48,749 nucleotides of DNA from Sarea resinae (Eukaryota). Positions 1-10,936 of the stretch are shown one piece after another (within the stretch, counting starts at the first letter, position 1; each line of letters begins with the position of its first letter). The stretch is taken from positions 124,001-172,749 of the forward strand of contig JAPEUD010000054.1 in assembly GCA_026026165.1 (NCBI GenBank). Direction: 5' to 3'. The notes under the pieces were generated by a model. The model was not told the DNA's origin, made no database searches, and saw only the letters and a program-made list of their open reading frames with translations. The position numbers and the translations under genes were made by a program.

Positions 1-1009
1 GCCGCTTCAAATTCGAACCTCCGCGCGTGGTGCAGATGCTCAAAGAAGGCGCGCCCGGCGCCGTGAAGGACTACCTAGAGCATCTGGTCTTTGGTAAAAA
101 CGTAAGTTGTTTCCGCCACAGTAGTAGCATCAAGGCTAAAGAATCTTGCAGCACACCCAATACGTCAACGACCTCATCCGATTCTACCTCGACACCGTCC
201 TCGACGTGCTGGAGAAGTCGGACGCCGCTCGTTCGACCCTGGCCCAAACCTACGAGACCTATCGTGCCCTGCGGCCGCCCAAACCGACATACCGCCAGTT
301 CATCACCGAGAACATCGTCGACGAGGAATGGTGGCACAACCGGCTGCGGCTCCTGCAGCTTTTAGGTGGCAGCCACGGCGGCGGCGCCGAAAGAAGCGCA
401 TCGCAGTACGACGTCTCTGCCGTACTCAGCCGCATCGAGCCCTTTGAAGACGAGCTCGTGCCGGAGATGATCATCCTGTACGGGCGGCAGGGGCGACACC
501 AGCAAGCGCTGCGCCTGCTCACGCACGGGCTCGGCGACTTCGACGCGGCCATCAACTACTGCCTGCTCGGCGGGTCCTCGATCTTCCGGCCCTCGTCGCC
601 GTCGCAGCTGGGCGCGGACGCGCTCCCCTCGCAGGCCGAGCAGGCGCGGCTGTTCGACTTCCTCCTGGCCGAGTTCCTGCGCATCGACAACGTCAGCGAC
701 CGGGTCGAGCGCACGGGCGAGCTGCTCGAGCGCTTCGGCCGCTGGTTCGACCTCGAGCACGTCCTGGCCGTCATCCCGGACGACTGGTCCGTCGACCTCG
801 TCGCTGGCTTCCTCGTCAGCACGCTCCGCGGCTTGGTCCGTGAGCGCAGCGAGTCCATGCTCGCGAGGGCGCTGAGCGGCGCTCAGAACCTCCAGGTCAG
901 CGCCGCTTTGATCGAGAAGGCCGATGCCGTCGGGCCTGTAGTCGTTGGCGGTGGTGGCGGTAGCGGTAGCGGTAGCGGCGGCGGTAGTGGTGGCGGGCTT
1001 GACGAGTGA
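1..1009 (+). CDS. 3' part of a Vam6/Vps39/TGFBRAP1 (Vps3-like) vacuolar/endosomal tethering subunit; 5' end outside window; exons <1..101, 152..1009
   Basis: Intron 102..151 (GTAAGT...TTGCAG, phase 0) joins ...AVKDYLEHLVFGKN to HTQYVNDLIRFYLD. Clathrin-repeat-like motifs typical of the family: RLRLLQLL, EMIILYGRQGRHQQALRLLTHGLGDFDAAINYC, VLAVIPDDWSV. Family recognised from memory of motifs. Confidence 0.75.
946..998 (+). repeat. GGT/GGC/GGTAGC microsatellite encoding a Gly-Ser C-terminal tail
   Basis: ggcggtggtggcggtagcggtagcggtagcggcggcggtagtggtggcggg translates to GGGGGSGSGSGGGSGGG just before LDE*. Confidence 0.85.
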
Positions 1010-1930
1010 AGGAAAAGGGAAAAGGAAAAAAGGGAAAAGGGGGGGTCAGTGGTGTGTACATTGACATTATTGAATGTGTAAAGTAGGTACATGTGCATAC
1101 GTCGTCGTGTCCGTTCGTCGTCTCGCGGTACTATCCTCATGATTTCCCAGGCGTTCGTTTGTTTGTTCGGCTTGGACGGGGCCCCGCGCGCATAGTGTTT
1201 TTCTCTCCCGACTTCAGGGGGGGGTTTTCTTCATTAGAGTAGGAAACGCGGGGGGTGTCTGTTCGTCTGTCTGTGTCATTGGAGCGGGGTGGGGTGGGGT
1301 GGGGTGATTGCTGCTGCTGCTATTGCCTATTGCGTTTTTTTGTTCTGCATCTGGATACATACGCAGTCTATCTTGTATGAATATCGAAACATCGGAACAT
1401 CGGAACATCCAAACATCCAAACATCTAACGCCTGGCACCTAACACACTGGCATCTGACATACATTGGCATATAGCTAAGACGGTCCATCTAGATGCCAAG
1501 GATGCCAAGGACGGAAGGAAGGCAGGGGTGTGGGATGTATGCAGACAGATGTGGATAGAGAAGTATATAGAGTAGATGAGTAGATCGATGATCGATAGAT
1601 GAATGAATATATACACTGGACAAGAAGGATATACACAGAAGAAGAAGAAGAAAGAGAAGAAAGGGATACGAGAAAATCCGCAGTCCGTAGCAGCAAACAA
1701 GTGAAAGGTTGGATGGCAGTTGCTGTTGTAAGGTAAGGTAGTAAGGTAGCAAGGTGGCAGGGAGTCAGTTTAATGGTAGTGAGGAGCCGAGAAACTGATC
1801 GAATTGAATAAAATAGAATAGTAATGCAATATTTACCCAGCAGAGAAAGAAGAAAAAAAAAATAAAAAATAAAAAATAAAGAGCTCAAGAGAGACAAAAG
1901 GACGCGGACACGCACGCTATGCTATGCTAT
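1010..1930. repeat. Simple-repeat-rich convergent intergenic region
   Basis: GGAAAA runs (~1011-1040), (GGGGT)n ~1286-1305, ACATCGGA/ACATCCAA units ~1389-1425, (GAA)n ~1638-1660, AAGGT units ~1728-1755, A-rich (AAAAAT)n ~1851-1880, (GCTAT)n ~1916-1930. Confidence 0.8.
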
Positions 1931-1971
1931 TGCAACGCTACGCATCCATCGCCAAAGCAAGAAAATCGACA

Positions 1972-3909
1972 TCACCAACTGAACGCCTCCTCCAAGAAAT
2001 CGATACTGCCGACACCGACCCTCCTCCTCACAGCGCCCCGGACGCTATCGGCAAACCCACCCGGACCGCAGACCGTCACCGCCATGGCCCCGACACGGTC
2101 CAGGATCTCCTTGTCGACGATGACGCCCGGATTCGCGCGACCGGGATACATCTGCACGGACCGACTCGGGCTGACGACCTCGCGCGGACTGCGCGGCTTG
2201 GTGACGAAGAGCAGGATCTTCAGCGTCTCGCGCCGCAGCGGCATCGACAGGATCTCGTCCATGAAAGGCCGCACCCATTCGAGATGTTCGGCGCTGCGCA
2301 CCGACCAGACGAGCGTGATGCGTCGCGTCGCTGAGGTGCCGGCCGCGCGACCGATGAGTAGATCCCGGATGTGGGGAACTTGGTGCGTGATCCCGATCCC
2401 GCCCGCGAAGAGCAGTACCGTGCCGTACGAGTGCAGCGATTCAAGGCCGCCGTAGGGACCCTCGATGAGCGCGGGGAGCTGGACGTGGCCTGGGCTGTGC
2501 CGATTCGCCAGGGCACGGGCGTGGAGGCGGGAGGTCATACCCGTGCGGGCGGAGATGACGAGCGTGAGGGTAGTTCTGGTGGATTGGGCGTTGGTGACCG
2601 CGTCGAGGGCCGTTTGTTGTGGGGAAGGAGAAGAGGCAGGGGCGGGTTTTTCGGAGTCGAGGAGTGTGGTGGGCTGGTCTTCGGTCCAGGCCACCGAGAA
2701 CGGGTGCGACATCCAGTAGGACAAGGTGGGAAAGTAGACATAGACGTGCGAGCCGGGCTTGATCGTCCGAAGCCGTTGCAGCTCGAACGTGACACGGCAT
2801 GTCTCGCCCGGTAGAGCCTCGACCGCCGCGTGCGTCATGCGTCCCTTGCGGAGCGACATGTTGTTGTAGGCGATATTACACCATCGAGAGAGACGATGGC
2901 AAGCCCATAAGCCGACGACGGCGCGGATATATGGTAATTGTGGTAATCCCGCGACCTCGAGGTGGAGGTAGGTACCTAGTATAGCGACGAAGGCGCCCAC
3001 TTGGTGCAGGTGCAGGAACGTCTCGTAAAAGGCATGGCGGATTGGAGAAGGGGAGTGCAAGAGAAGAAACGCCATGCCAGCGGTGCCGACCATTCCCCAC
3101 CGGAAGAAGAGACTATCAGCGCCATGGCTGAGGCTTTTGCCGATTCCGTCACCTCCCATGGCCTCCACGGTGTTGGCAGCCCAGGCTGCAGTGTGGACTA
3201 TGGCCTCCAGAGCCACGATGCGTCCCATCCAGCGATGGATCAGATTGTAGGTGTCGAAGCTGACTTTGAGCATGCCGATCAGAGGGTTGTTTCTCGTCGT
3301 CAGGATGATCAACGGGATCATGTTGACGACAGAGAGGACTCCGCTTCTGCCTCGGAGATCGGCCAGCAAAGCCTGTTGATTTTTGCTTCCATAATCCAAA
3401 AGGGCGCAGTAGATGACATTGCTGGCTAGATAGAGACCAAGGAGAAGGGCGTGGAATCGCGATGGGAGTGTGCCCATGTTGATGACCGAAGAAAGATGCC
3501 ATTCGGCGTTATGACGATTCTTCCATAACGGCGCATAGAGCAAATGCTTCTTTAGGTTGGGCCAGAACCTCGTCCGATCCGTTGCCCAGTATGCTTGTCT
3601 ATCCTCATCCGCGGTCAAGGTGAAGAGATGTCGAAGATGTGCATTGAACATTTGAGCAAATCTGACAAGCAGTACGAAGACACATATCGCCCCGAGAGAG
3701 ATCCACAGAAGATTGGTGAAGAGCTTATTCTGTGTCTGGTGTACTCCAGCAAGGCCGTGGGTGAATTCTATATCTGCAATTGTGGTCGATGAGGGAGCAG
3801 CTGTGGTGGTGGTGGATGCTCCAGGCATCTGGACGGCGATGACGGACGACGCCATGCCTGTAGAGAGTGCTCGGGGTATCTTTTGAACTGGGTAATCGTG
3901 ATGATGCAT
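1972..3909 (-). CDS. Ferric/cupric reductase-like transmembrane protein (FRE/NOX family), single exon, 645 aa
   Basis: Heme-ligand histidines in TM segments (HRWMGRIVALEAIVH; FLHLHQVGAFVAILGTYLH), FAD motif SHPFSV, NADPH motifs EGPYG, AGGIGIT, CGP and terminal EEAFSW. Confidence 0.92.
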   Translation of the reverse strand: MHHHDYPVQKIPRALSTGMASSVIAVQMPGASTTTTAAPSSTTIADIEFTHGLAGVHQTQNKLFTNLLWISLGAICVFVLLVRFAQMFNAHLRHLFTLTADEDRQAYWATDRTRFWPNLKKHLLYAPLWKNRHNAEWHLSSVINMGTLPSRFHALLLGLYLASNVIYCALLDYGSKNQQALLADLRGRSGVLSVVNMIPLIILTTRNNPLIGMLKVSFDTYNLIHRWMGRIVALEAIVHTAAWAANTVEAMGGDGIGKSLSHGADSLFFRWGMVGTAGMAFLLLHSPSPIRHAFYETFLHLHQVGAFVAILGTYLHLEVAGLPQLPYIRAVVGLWACHRLSRWCNIAYNNMSLRKGRMTHAAVEALPGETCRVTFELQRLRTIKPGSHVYVYFPTLSYWMSHPFSVAWTEDQPTTLLDSEKPAPASSPSPQQTALDAVTNAQSTRTTLTLVISARTGMTSRLHARALANRHSPGHVQLPALIEGPYGGLESLHSYGTVLLFAGGIGITHQVPHIRDLLIGRAAGTSATRRITLVWSVRSAEHLEWVRPFMDEILSMPLRRETLKILLFVTKPRSPREVVSPSRSVQMYPGRANPGVIVDKEILDRVGAMAVTVCGPGGFADSVRGAVRRRVGVGSIDFLEEAFSW

Positions 3910-4655
3910 TGCGTCCAGCGCTTATGGAGACACGATAGGAAGAAATGAGGCCAATTTGATGTAGCCAGCGACGGGAGGATTCAACGTTTGATCGGAAGTG
4001 ACGAGTGTGAAGAGGTTGAGATTTTTAATTTCAGCGTGATGACGAACGATGTGACCGAAAATGTGTCGACCCCAGAATCCTCGAGGTGTCGTTTTGAATG
4101 AGGGCGTCGAGTGTGTCGTGAAAGTTCAACGAGTGAATGAGCCGAACCAAGATTCCATATGACAAAGGGAACAAGTCGATTGTCGCATTGTTCACCAGGA
4201 CAAAGACTGGTATCGGTGAATGAGAGTCAACTGCCCGCAGTAGTGTGATGTGGTCGGTCCCCTTGCGACGTGCACGAGGAGAAGGATCAAATGTCTGTCA
4301 CAGAGAGCATCTACAGTCAATGTCGATGGTGTCTCAGGAGTGGTCAATCAGGGTCGTCTTCTAGAGATATGGTGGGGTGGCGTGGTTGTCCCGAGTGGCC
4401 GAAATCATGAACACAGTGGTCTTCTCGATCAGAGGCAATACGTGATGGAGAGCGGTGAAGATGATCAAGATGGAAGGTCGTCGAGTTGGATCAAGAATGG
4501 ACGTGTTTTTCAATGTCGCACAAACTCAATCGGGACGCGCTGGTTGTGGAATGCGATGCTAGAAGGGGAAGAGACGACGAGACCGAGAGACTGAAAGACG
4601 AAAAAACAAAAAGACGGGGACGAAGATGATCTCGACACATGAAGACGTGAAGAAG

Positions 4656-4687
4656 TGAAGAGATGAAGAGATGAAGAGATGAAGAGG
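4656..4687 (+). repeat. (TGAAGAGA)x4 tandem repeat upstream of the reductase
   Basis: tgaagagatgaagagatgaagagatgaagagg read directly. Confidence 0.85.
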
Positions 4688-5092
4688 CGAAGAGGATGAT
4701 AAGAAGGAAATGAGAGACGCAAATCCATCAGAGGAGGGCCGATCGATGGTGTTGATATTAGCCTGCACGCCGTCGACATGGTCGCCTCGAGCCCCAGTGT
4801 TCGGAGCTTGCTACAGTACTCAGTAATACTACTATGTACTATGAGTAGGCACTCGGCCAAGGACGAGCATAGCGTCATGGCTCCGATCATTCGACTCTCT
4901 CGACCGGCCAAGCCCAAGGGACCAACCGATCGTGCCTGGTACCTGACTAGTGACACTCGACACTCGACCCTCGACACCTCCACCCCCAAGTCCTCGCTCA
5001 CTATCGATATCGACAGTACCTTACGTAGAGTACGGAGTAGCACTCCGGAGTAACACTTGGCGACGTTTCACCTCATCTTCTCTCCCTAAGCC

Positions 5093-5124
5093 CCTCTCCT
5101 CTCCTCTCCTCTCCTCTCCTCTCC
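5093..5124 (+). repeat. (CCTCT)n microsatellite
   Basis: cctctcctctcctctcctctcctctcctctcc read directly. Confidence 0.9.
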
Positions 5125-5741
5125 GCTCCCCTCGCCTCCGAAGGCCCAAGGGTAAATAAGGAGCAGCGGCAACCATGCCGTTTCGGTCGTGATGCCGGTC
5201 GATACCAATCGCTCCTTCCTTGCACACGCCTGTCTCGACCCTCCAAAGGGATGAAGCTCCTGGAGCCGTGAAGCGTCGCAGATCATGACTGTGGAGAGGA
5301 CGCCAATGGAAGACCATCATCGATCAAGCCATTCACGACCGGACTTTGAGGTTACTTCTCCAACGCATGAACCTCCGTGAATCATCTGACTTTGGAGAGA
5401 GTCATGGCCAAAGGGTCGCGTTATTGGATCAGGAGGTACCTTACCAAGAAGGTACTGTAGTGTACATCTGGTGCTTACGTAAGATGATGCTACTCGAAAG
5501 AGAGGACTGAATTCAGTAGATGGAGATGAAAAAGTCAAATTGCAGAGCTACCTCGTCAAGCTATGTACAGGAAAGCTAGATCATGCAAGCAATGCTCGCG
5601 CACCCTAGATGAAGAGAGACCCGTTATCCTTACACTTCATCAACCGTAGATGCTACTGCTCAATAAGCAAAAGGTGCAAATCAAAGCAAATCAAGCAATC
5701 AAAGCCACGACGGCCCAGAACCAAGACAGTCAAACTACCAC

Positions 5742-8295
5742 CTAATCCGTAAACGAGGCAATCGTCTGACAAAACGTATCGCTATTGTCAGACTGCAGAG
5801 CAACAGAGCTGCCTTTGACGGTAATCATATTGGTTGCGGCCTTGGTGCTGACACCGTACAGATTCAGACTCGAAGAGGTGCCCTCGATGGAAATCATGTT
5901 GTCCTGGCAGGATTCGGTGTCGAGGCAGGTCTGTTCGTAGTTATCGAAGAAGGAATATAGACCGGTACCGTAGATAAGGACATCCGAAGAATCTACGATC
6001 CGTAGGCCCCAAGATTTGCGGCAGCTGTCGGTTGTGCAGTCGCTGAAATCCGGATCGCTGTAGTCGCTCGAGCTGCCAGGCTTGAAGGGTGTGAGAGCAT
6101 TGGGATCAGACTGATAATATCTGTCAAGGAAAAATGTTAGCCGGATTAGAGATCGTAGAAAAGCGTATGACTTACGGCGTCTCGGTCTGGACCATGGCCA
6201 TGTAGATGCTGCCGGCATTGTTGAGCTGGTAGTTGTACAATTGGCTGTGCTCCGCAGAAGTGCCGTACATCCAAACTGGGCCATCAGCCGACTCAATAAG
6301 GACACCACGGCCGTTGTAGACGCTAATCTGGCCATGATCGGAGAGGTCGAGTTCGTGGTCCGCAACCCAGAACCAGTTGTTCTCGAGGTAAATGGTGGCC
6401 TTGGAGGTGACGTGAAGCAATAAGAAGGCACCTTCACAGGCTGAGTTGGCTGTTGTTTGGCTGGTGTCCTTGGCACACTGGGTTGACTGCAGCTCCGTGC
6501 CGGCTGAACCACCGATGCGCATGTGGACATCCCACATACCGGACGCACCTTGGGAGCTCTCAGCCACGTTCCACTCGATCATCACAGCGCCTGGTTGAGC
6601 ACCAACAGTCTGGAAGATCAGATCGCTCATCTCGACTGCCCCAGAATCACCCGCTTGACCGACTTGAAAGACGGGTGCGGGATTTGTCGGGTCCTGGAAA
6701 GCCGAGCCGGATGCCATGATGAGCGGCCAGATCTCACCAGTGATCTTGATATTCGCAGGTACCTTGACAGTGCTCGATATAATGTATGCACCATGATCAA
6801 AGTAGAGAACATCAGATTCGCTCAAGCTGTTCATAGCGGCCTGGATGGCAGCAGTATCATCTGTCGTTCCATCACCCTTGGCACCAGCGCTCTTGACGCT
6901 GACGAAGCTGGAAGCTGGAAGACTCTCATATTGAGGCTTCGCACGTTCAAAGAAGTTCCCACCGTTGAGAAGGTTGGAGGGCTTCGAAGGAGCTGTTAGA
7001 GTCCCCTGAGTACGGCTGTGGGAGGATGTCGTGTATTCGTTGCCTTGGGCCCAGGATGCCACAGTGCCGTCACCAGCGAGGATGGTAGTGCCGGTTGTAT
7101 CAGCAACGGCGGCTGCAGATCCGCTGAAGTCAACGTTGTCGATGATCAGGGTACCACCCGTAGTCGGCAAGCTAGTAGAATCGAAGGATGTCTGGATACC
7201 AACTGGGGTGTTGGTAATCGTGCTGTCCTGAATCAGCACTGAGCCTACAGTGGTGTTATCTCCGCCTTCGGAGATGTCAATACCAACTCCGCAGTTGTTG
7301 ATTGACAATGACTTGAGTGTCCAGACCCAGTCCCAGTTCATGAAGACGGCTGTGTTGCAGTTGTTGAAGGTCATATTACGAGTCATAAACTGCTGGTTGC
7401 CGAAGAACGCGCCGTAGTTGCCGCCATTGAACACAAGGTCTGTCATGAAACCGCCGGAGCCTATTCATATGAGCTTGAGTCGGTGCCAGGTGATTTCAGA
7501 CCACTTACCATTATCCATAAAGACTCCCTGCTGTTTGCTACTAGTTCCTTTGATCATATTGAAGACGATGTTTTGCAAGCTAGTAGCCTGTGCCACCTGC
7601 CAGTGAATACCTGTTCCAGAAGTGGACGGCATAGCGGTCAGATCGATGACGAAGTTGCGCACTTGGCGGTAGAAATTGTTCTGGTTCGTGTACCAGTTGT
7701 CGCCACTGCTGTCGTAGGGGTCGCTGTCTATGACTGCCATACCGGAGAAACCGGCGGCAGCCTTGAGCGTCGGAATGGTGACAGCATCGCCGACGAGTTG
7801 GGTGTAGTAATACTGAATAATGGGGGCGCTGACGAGGTAAGTCCCTGGTGGGAAGTAAACGAGCGCGGGAGTCGTCGTAGAGGAATCGCATCCGCTTCCA
7901 CATCGAGAACCGGAGCTGATAGCGCTGTTGATAGCATCAGTGTCATCAGTCACGCCGTCTATTGTCTTAAGTTAGCAGCAGTTCGAGGAATCCCAGATCA
8001 ACACTGCTCAAGACTTACCGCCAGCGGCGCCGTAATCCATAACATTTCGAAAGATTGTGTAAGAACTGTTGCCAAAAGCAACTGTTCCCTGGCGTTGGAT
8101 ATTCGCCAACCAGTAGTCCGAACCAGCAGACGCAGCTAAAGAGTGTGTTGAGTTGATGGCCGATGTGTTGGCCGAGGTGGTGAAGTTATAGGACGGCAGC
8201 CCAGTTGGAAGGGCCCCAACGAGTGAGGACGGGGACCCAAGCAAGAGCAGGAATCGCAGAGCGACGAATAGAGCGACGGTAGAGAACGTAGACAT
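5742..8295 (-). CDS. Secreted GH55 exo-beta-1,3-glucanase (two beta-helix domains); exons 8295..8019, 7958..7509, 7460..6176, 6120..5742
   Basis: Signal peptide MSTFSTVALFVALRFLLLLG. Hallmarks FRNVMDYGAAGDGVTDDTDAIN, ALVYFPPGTYLVS, NQNNFYRQVRNF, WQVAQATSLQN, AKGDGTTDDTAAIQ, WFWVADH, QTETPYYQ. Introns 7959..8018, 7461..7508 and 6121..6175 all GT-AG and frame-restoring. Confidence 0.95.
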
Positions 8296-8835
8296 GATTA
8301 AGATGTAACAGAAATTCTTTGGTTCAAATGAGTGACCAGACTAGCTCGTTTGCAGATTGTCAGTGGACCAGCACTGCCAGAAATAGTTGAAGATCGGTAA
8401 AGGAAGTTGTTGAAGCTCGAGACCGTCTGGTGATGAAGGGAAGCCAAGAGAATGTTTGAAAGGTTGATAGAGACGGTGACAGAAGTAGCAAACTGTAGGC
8501 AGGCACAGCTGGTGGCGGGGTAGGCGACAGGAATGAAGCCAAGCAGATGGGAAGTGAAGTGAAAAGAGTGTTCATGCACAATAGCAATTGTATGATGTGC
8601 TATTGTTCGGTGACGACAGCACAGAGACAAGACCAGCAAGCAATGTGAATGAGTGAAGACCAAAAACGAAGTCGGGTAACAGTTGGTGACAGTCTTGCGG
8701 GCAGAACAGCGCAGCAGAGAGAGGATATGTGCAACTCACATGTAAAGACAGCAGACTATTCCCCGATTTTCTTCGACTTGGGCGAGAACTCGAGACGTCT
8801 GGGCTGTCCCGTCTCAGCGGTGCGGTAGAGGCATC

Positions 8836-8843
8836 ATATATAG
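8836..8843 (-). promoter_or_regulatory. Candidate TATA box of the GH55 gene
   Basis: Minus strand CTATATAT about 540 nt upstream of the ATG, upstream of a pyrimidine-rich leader. Position only, no transcript evidence. Confidence 0.3.
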
Positions 8844-10936
8844 ACTCCTGCCTCACGGCATGACTGCCATAGCCATTCCCGAGCTTCTCATTCGCAAAGG
8901 CCGTGTGGTCATCCTCCTGCCCTTCACAGCGCGCTGTTCTAGCCTCATGATGCGGTCCTTCTCGACCGCTGGACCCCCTGTCGCCATGACCATCTCCCGC
9001 CATGACCAGGGCCCTCTGCTGCCCTGGGATGGTTGAGACTTAGCTCACGTAGTAGCCAAAGGCAACGTGTGATGCGATTAGTGTCCACGGCCTGGCTCGC
9101 GGTCATTGCTCCATCGTCTCGTTCGGGAATGAGACGTGAAACGAGAAGACTAGTCGGCCTACACCATTGACAGACGACCGTCGCAGCATGCAACGCAATG
9201 CGGATCAGGAAAAGATCCAGGAGTAGTGCCCGCAAATGCGCTAAGATAACCACTTCTAGGGTGGTCAGGGGGGTGGGAGGGAGAGATTCTTGAGGTTCTG
9301 AGCAGAGCGGTGCCCTGGTTGGTCGTCGTCCCCCAGATTATCGAGCGCCACAGTGCAAAGCAGGGTCTGATACGCAATGATGTTGCGGCGAAACACACCT
9401 CAATCACCCACCTTATCCAATCTTCCACAATCGTAGAAGAGGCCCCCCCCCTACCGACCAATTTGAACGCGGCAATCAATTTTCATCGGTCACATTAAGG
9501 TGTTCCCCAGTCGATTGTAATCATGTCTGGCATGTGTGGCTCAACCACACTTTCATCCGACATCAGCTCTTGACCTGTGATGATTCTACCTGACAAGACG
9601 CAAGCCGAGTGATTGTTGATTACCCTAGTGACAAGCTGGGATGAAACGCGCTCGGAGACAGAAAACATGGATGCGTGGATGGCGCATCAATCGTCCAGCA
9701 GATGGTCGCTCGTCCGTGGTGTTGATTGGTTATGGAGAAGAGTCCGTTCCCACCGGCGCGTGCTTCCTCATCCTGGCTCCACGGCAGTCCGATGCGACCC
9801 GTTCGTGGATCTTCCCCAAGTCCCTACTACGTAGTACATGAGCTATGGCAGAGACAGGCAGGAGACAGGAACGAGGCAAGACTAAGGTAAACTCACACTC
9901 CACTCGACGGTTTAAAAGGGGCATGACCTCTAGCCGTTTGGTCATCTACAAGTCTCGTTGAGCGTAACCCTACGTTGCGCTCGCTCGCTCTCTCTGCGGA
10001 ATGCCATGTCTCTCGGGTGTGACCCGCGACCCGCTCAGACCAGTACCAGTGCCAATACCAATACCAGTACCGAGACTCCGCTCGCCTACCTACCTCTGTA
10101 TTCGTGCACAGTCTTACTAGAACATTCCTAGAGGGCAGCCGACATGCTTGGGCTCGATCATTTCTGCATTCGTGAGCTATCATGGATCATGGTACGATAT
10201 GACCAAGTTGTTGGAACAGGTTTAACACGTTGAAAAGACATTGAAGTCTTATTCTGGTAGATGACCTGGGCGGGACCTACCCAAGTAATGTAGTACAGGG
10301 TGTTCGGTCTGTTGAGGGCCAGCGTTCATCCATGGATCTCTGGTGGCGTGCGAGAAACATCTAGTAGCCTTCACGTGCTTCGATCGGAATGATAATGGAT
10401 CAAATGGGATTCATGTCTTCGAACTTCGAGACATCCTGCACGAAATCCAATCCACACAATCCGCCGTGATTAAGCTTCCCCAGATCGTGTCCTTACTGCT
10501 GGCTCGCTGGTGGTACAGCCAAGCAGCGTGGCTTGTCGGCTTCCCCGCAGTATGATCCTCTCTGTGCCTGGCTAGAGTTACTAAGCTAGATTCGTGAATT
10601 CGTGATATGCTAAGGTAGCCGTGTAACTCTGTGCCCGTAGTGCCGTTCCAGAACCCTCGAGGGGTAGAGGGGTGACTTTCGCCCAATCAAGACCCCTTCC
10701 CTTTTGGCGCGTGTCGAGCCCACGGGATATAAAGCTCCTTAAATTTCAGGAGTCAGAAGGTGGAAAGATGCCTTCCATATCAGATACAAGTGTTCATGAG
10801 AATAGAGAAAATGCAACGCCGCAAAGTAACATGTCACTGATCGCCCTGTTTGCTAGTGCCAGGGTAGATATCATTCTATCTCGACATTCTTGAACCCTTT
10901 GGGCTTGGGCACATGTCGCGCGCATCCATTCCTACC

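Noticed and set aside
4250..5538. Several 70-180 aa ORFs between the reductase and glucanase
   Set aside because: Mostly non-ATG starts, translations driven by microsatellites, no recognisable domains or splice structure.
9965..9972. TAACCCTA resembling a telomerase RNA template in the long GH55 upstream region
   Set aside because: Only 8 nt, expected by chance; no adjacent pseudoknot U/A tracts or CR4/5-like element recognised.
8298..10893. Short ORFs in the 2.6-kb region upstream of the GH55 gene
   Set aside because: No motifs or codon bias; more consistent with a long promoter and leader.
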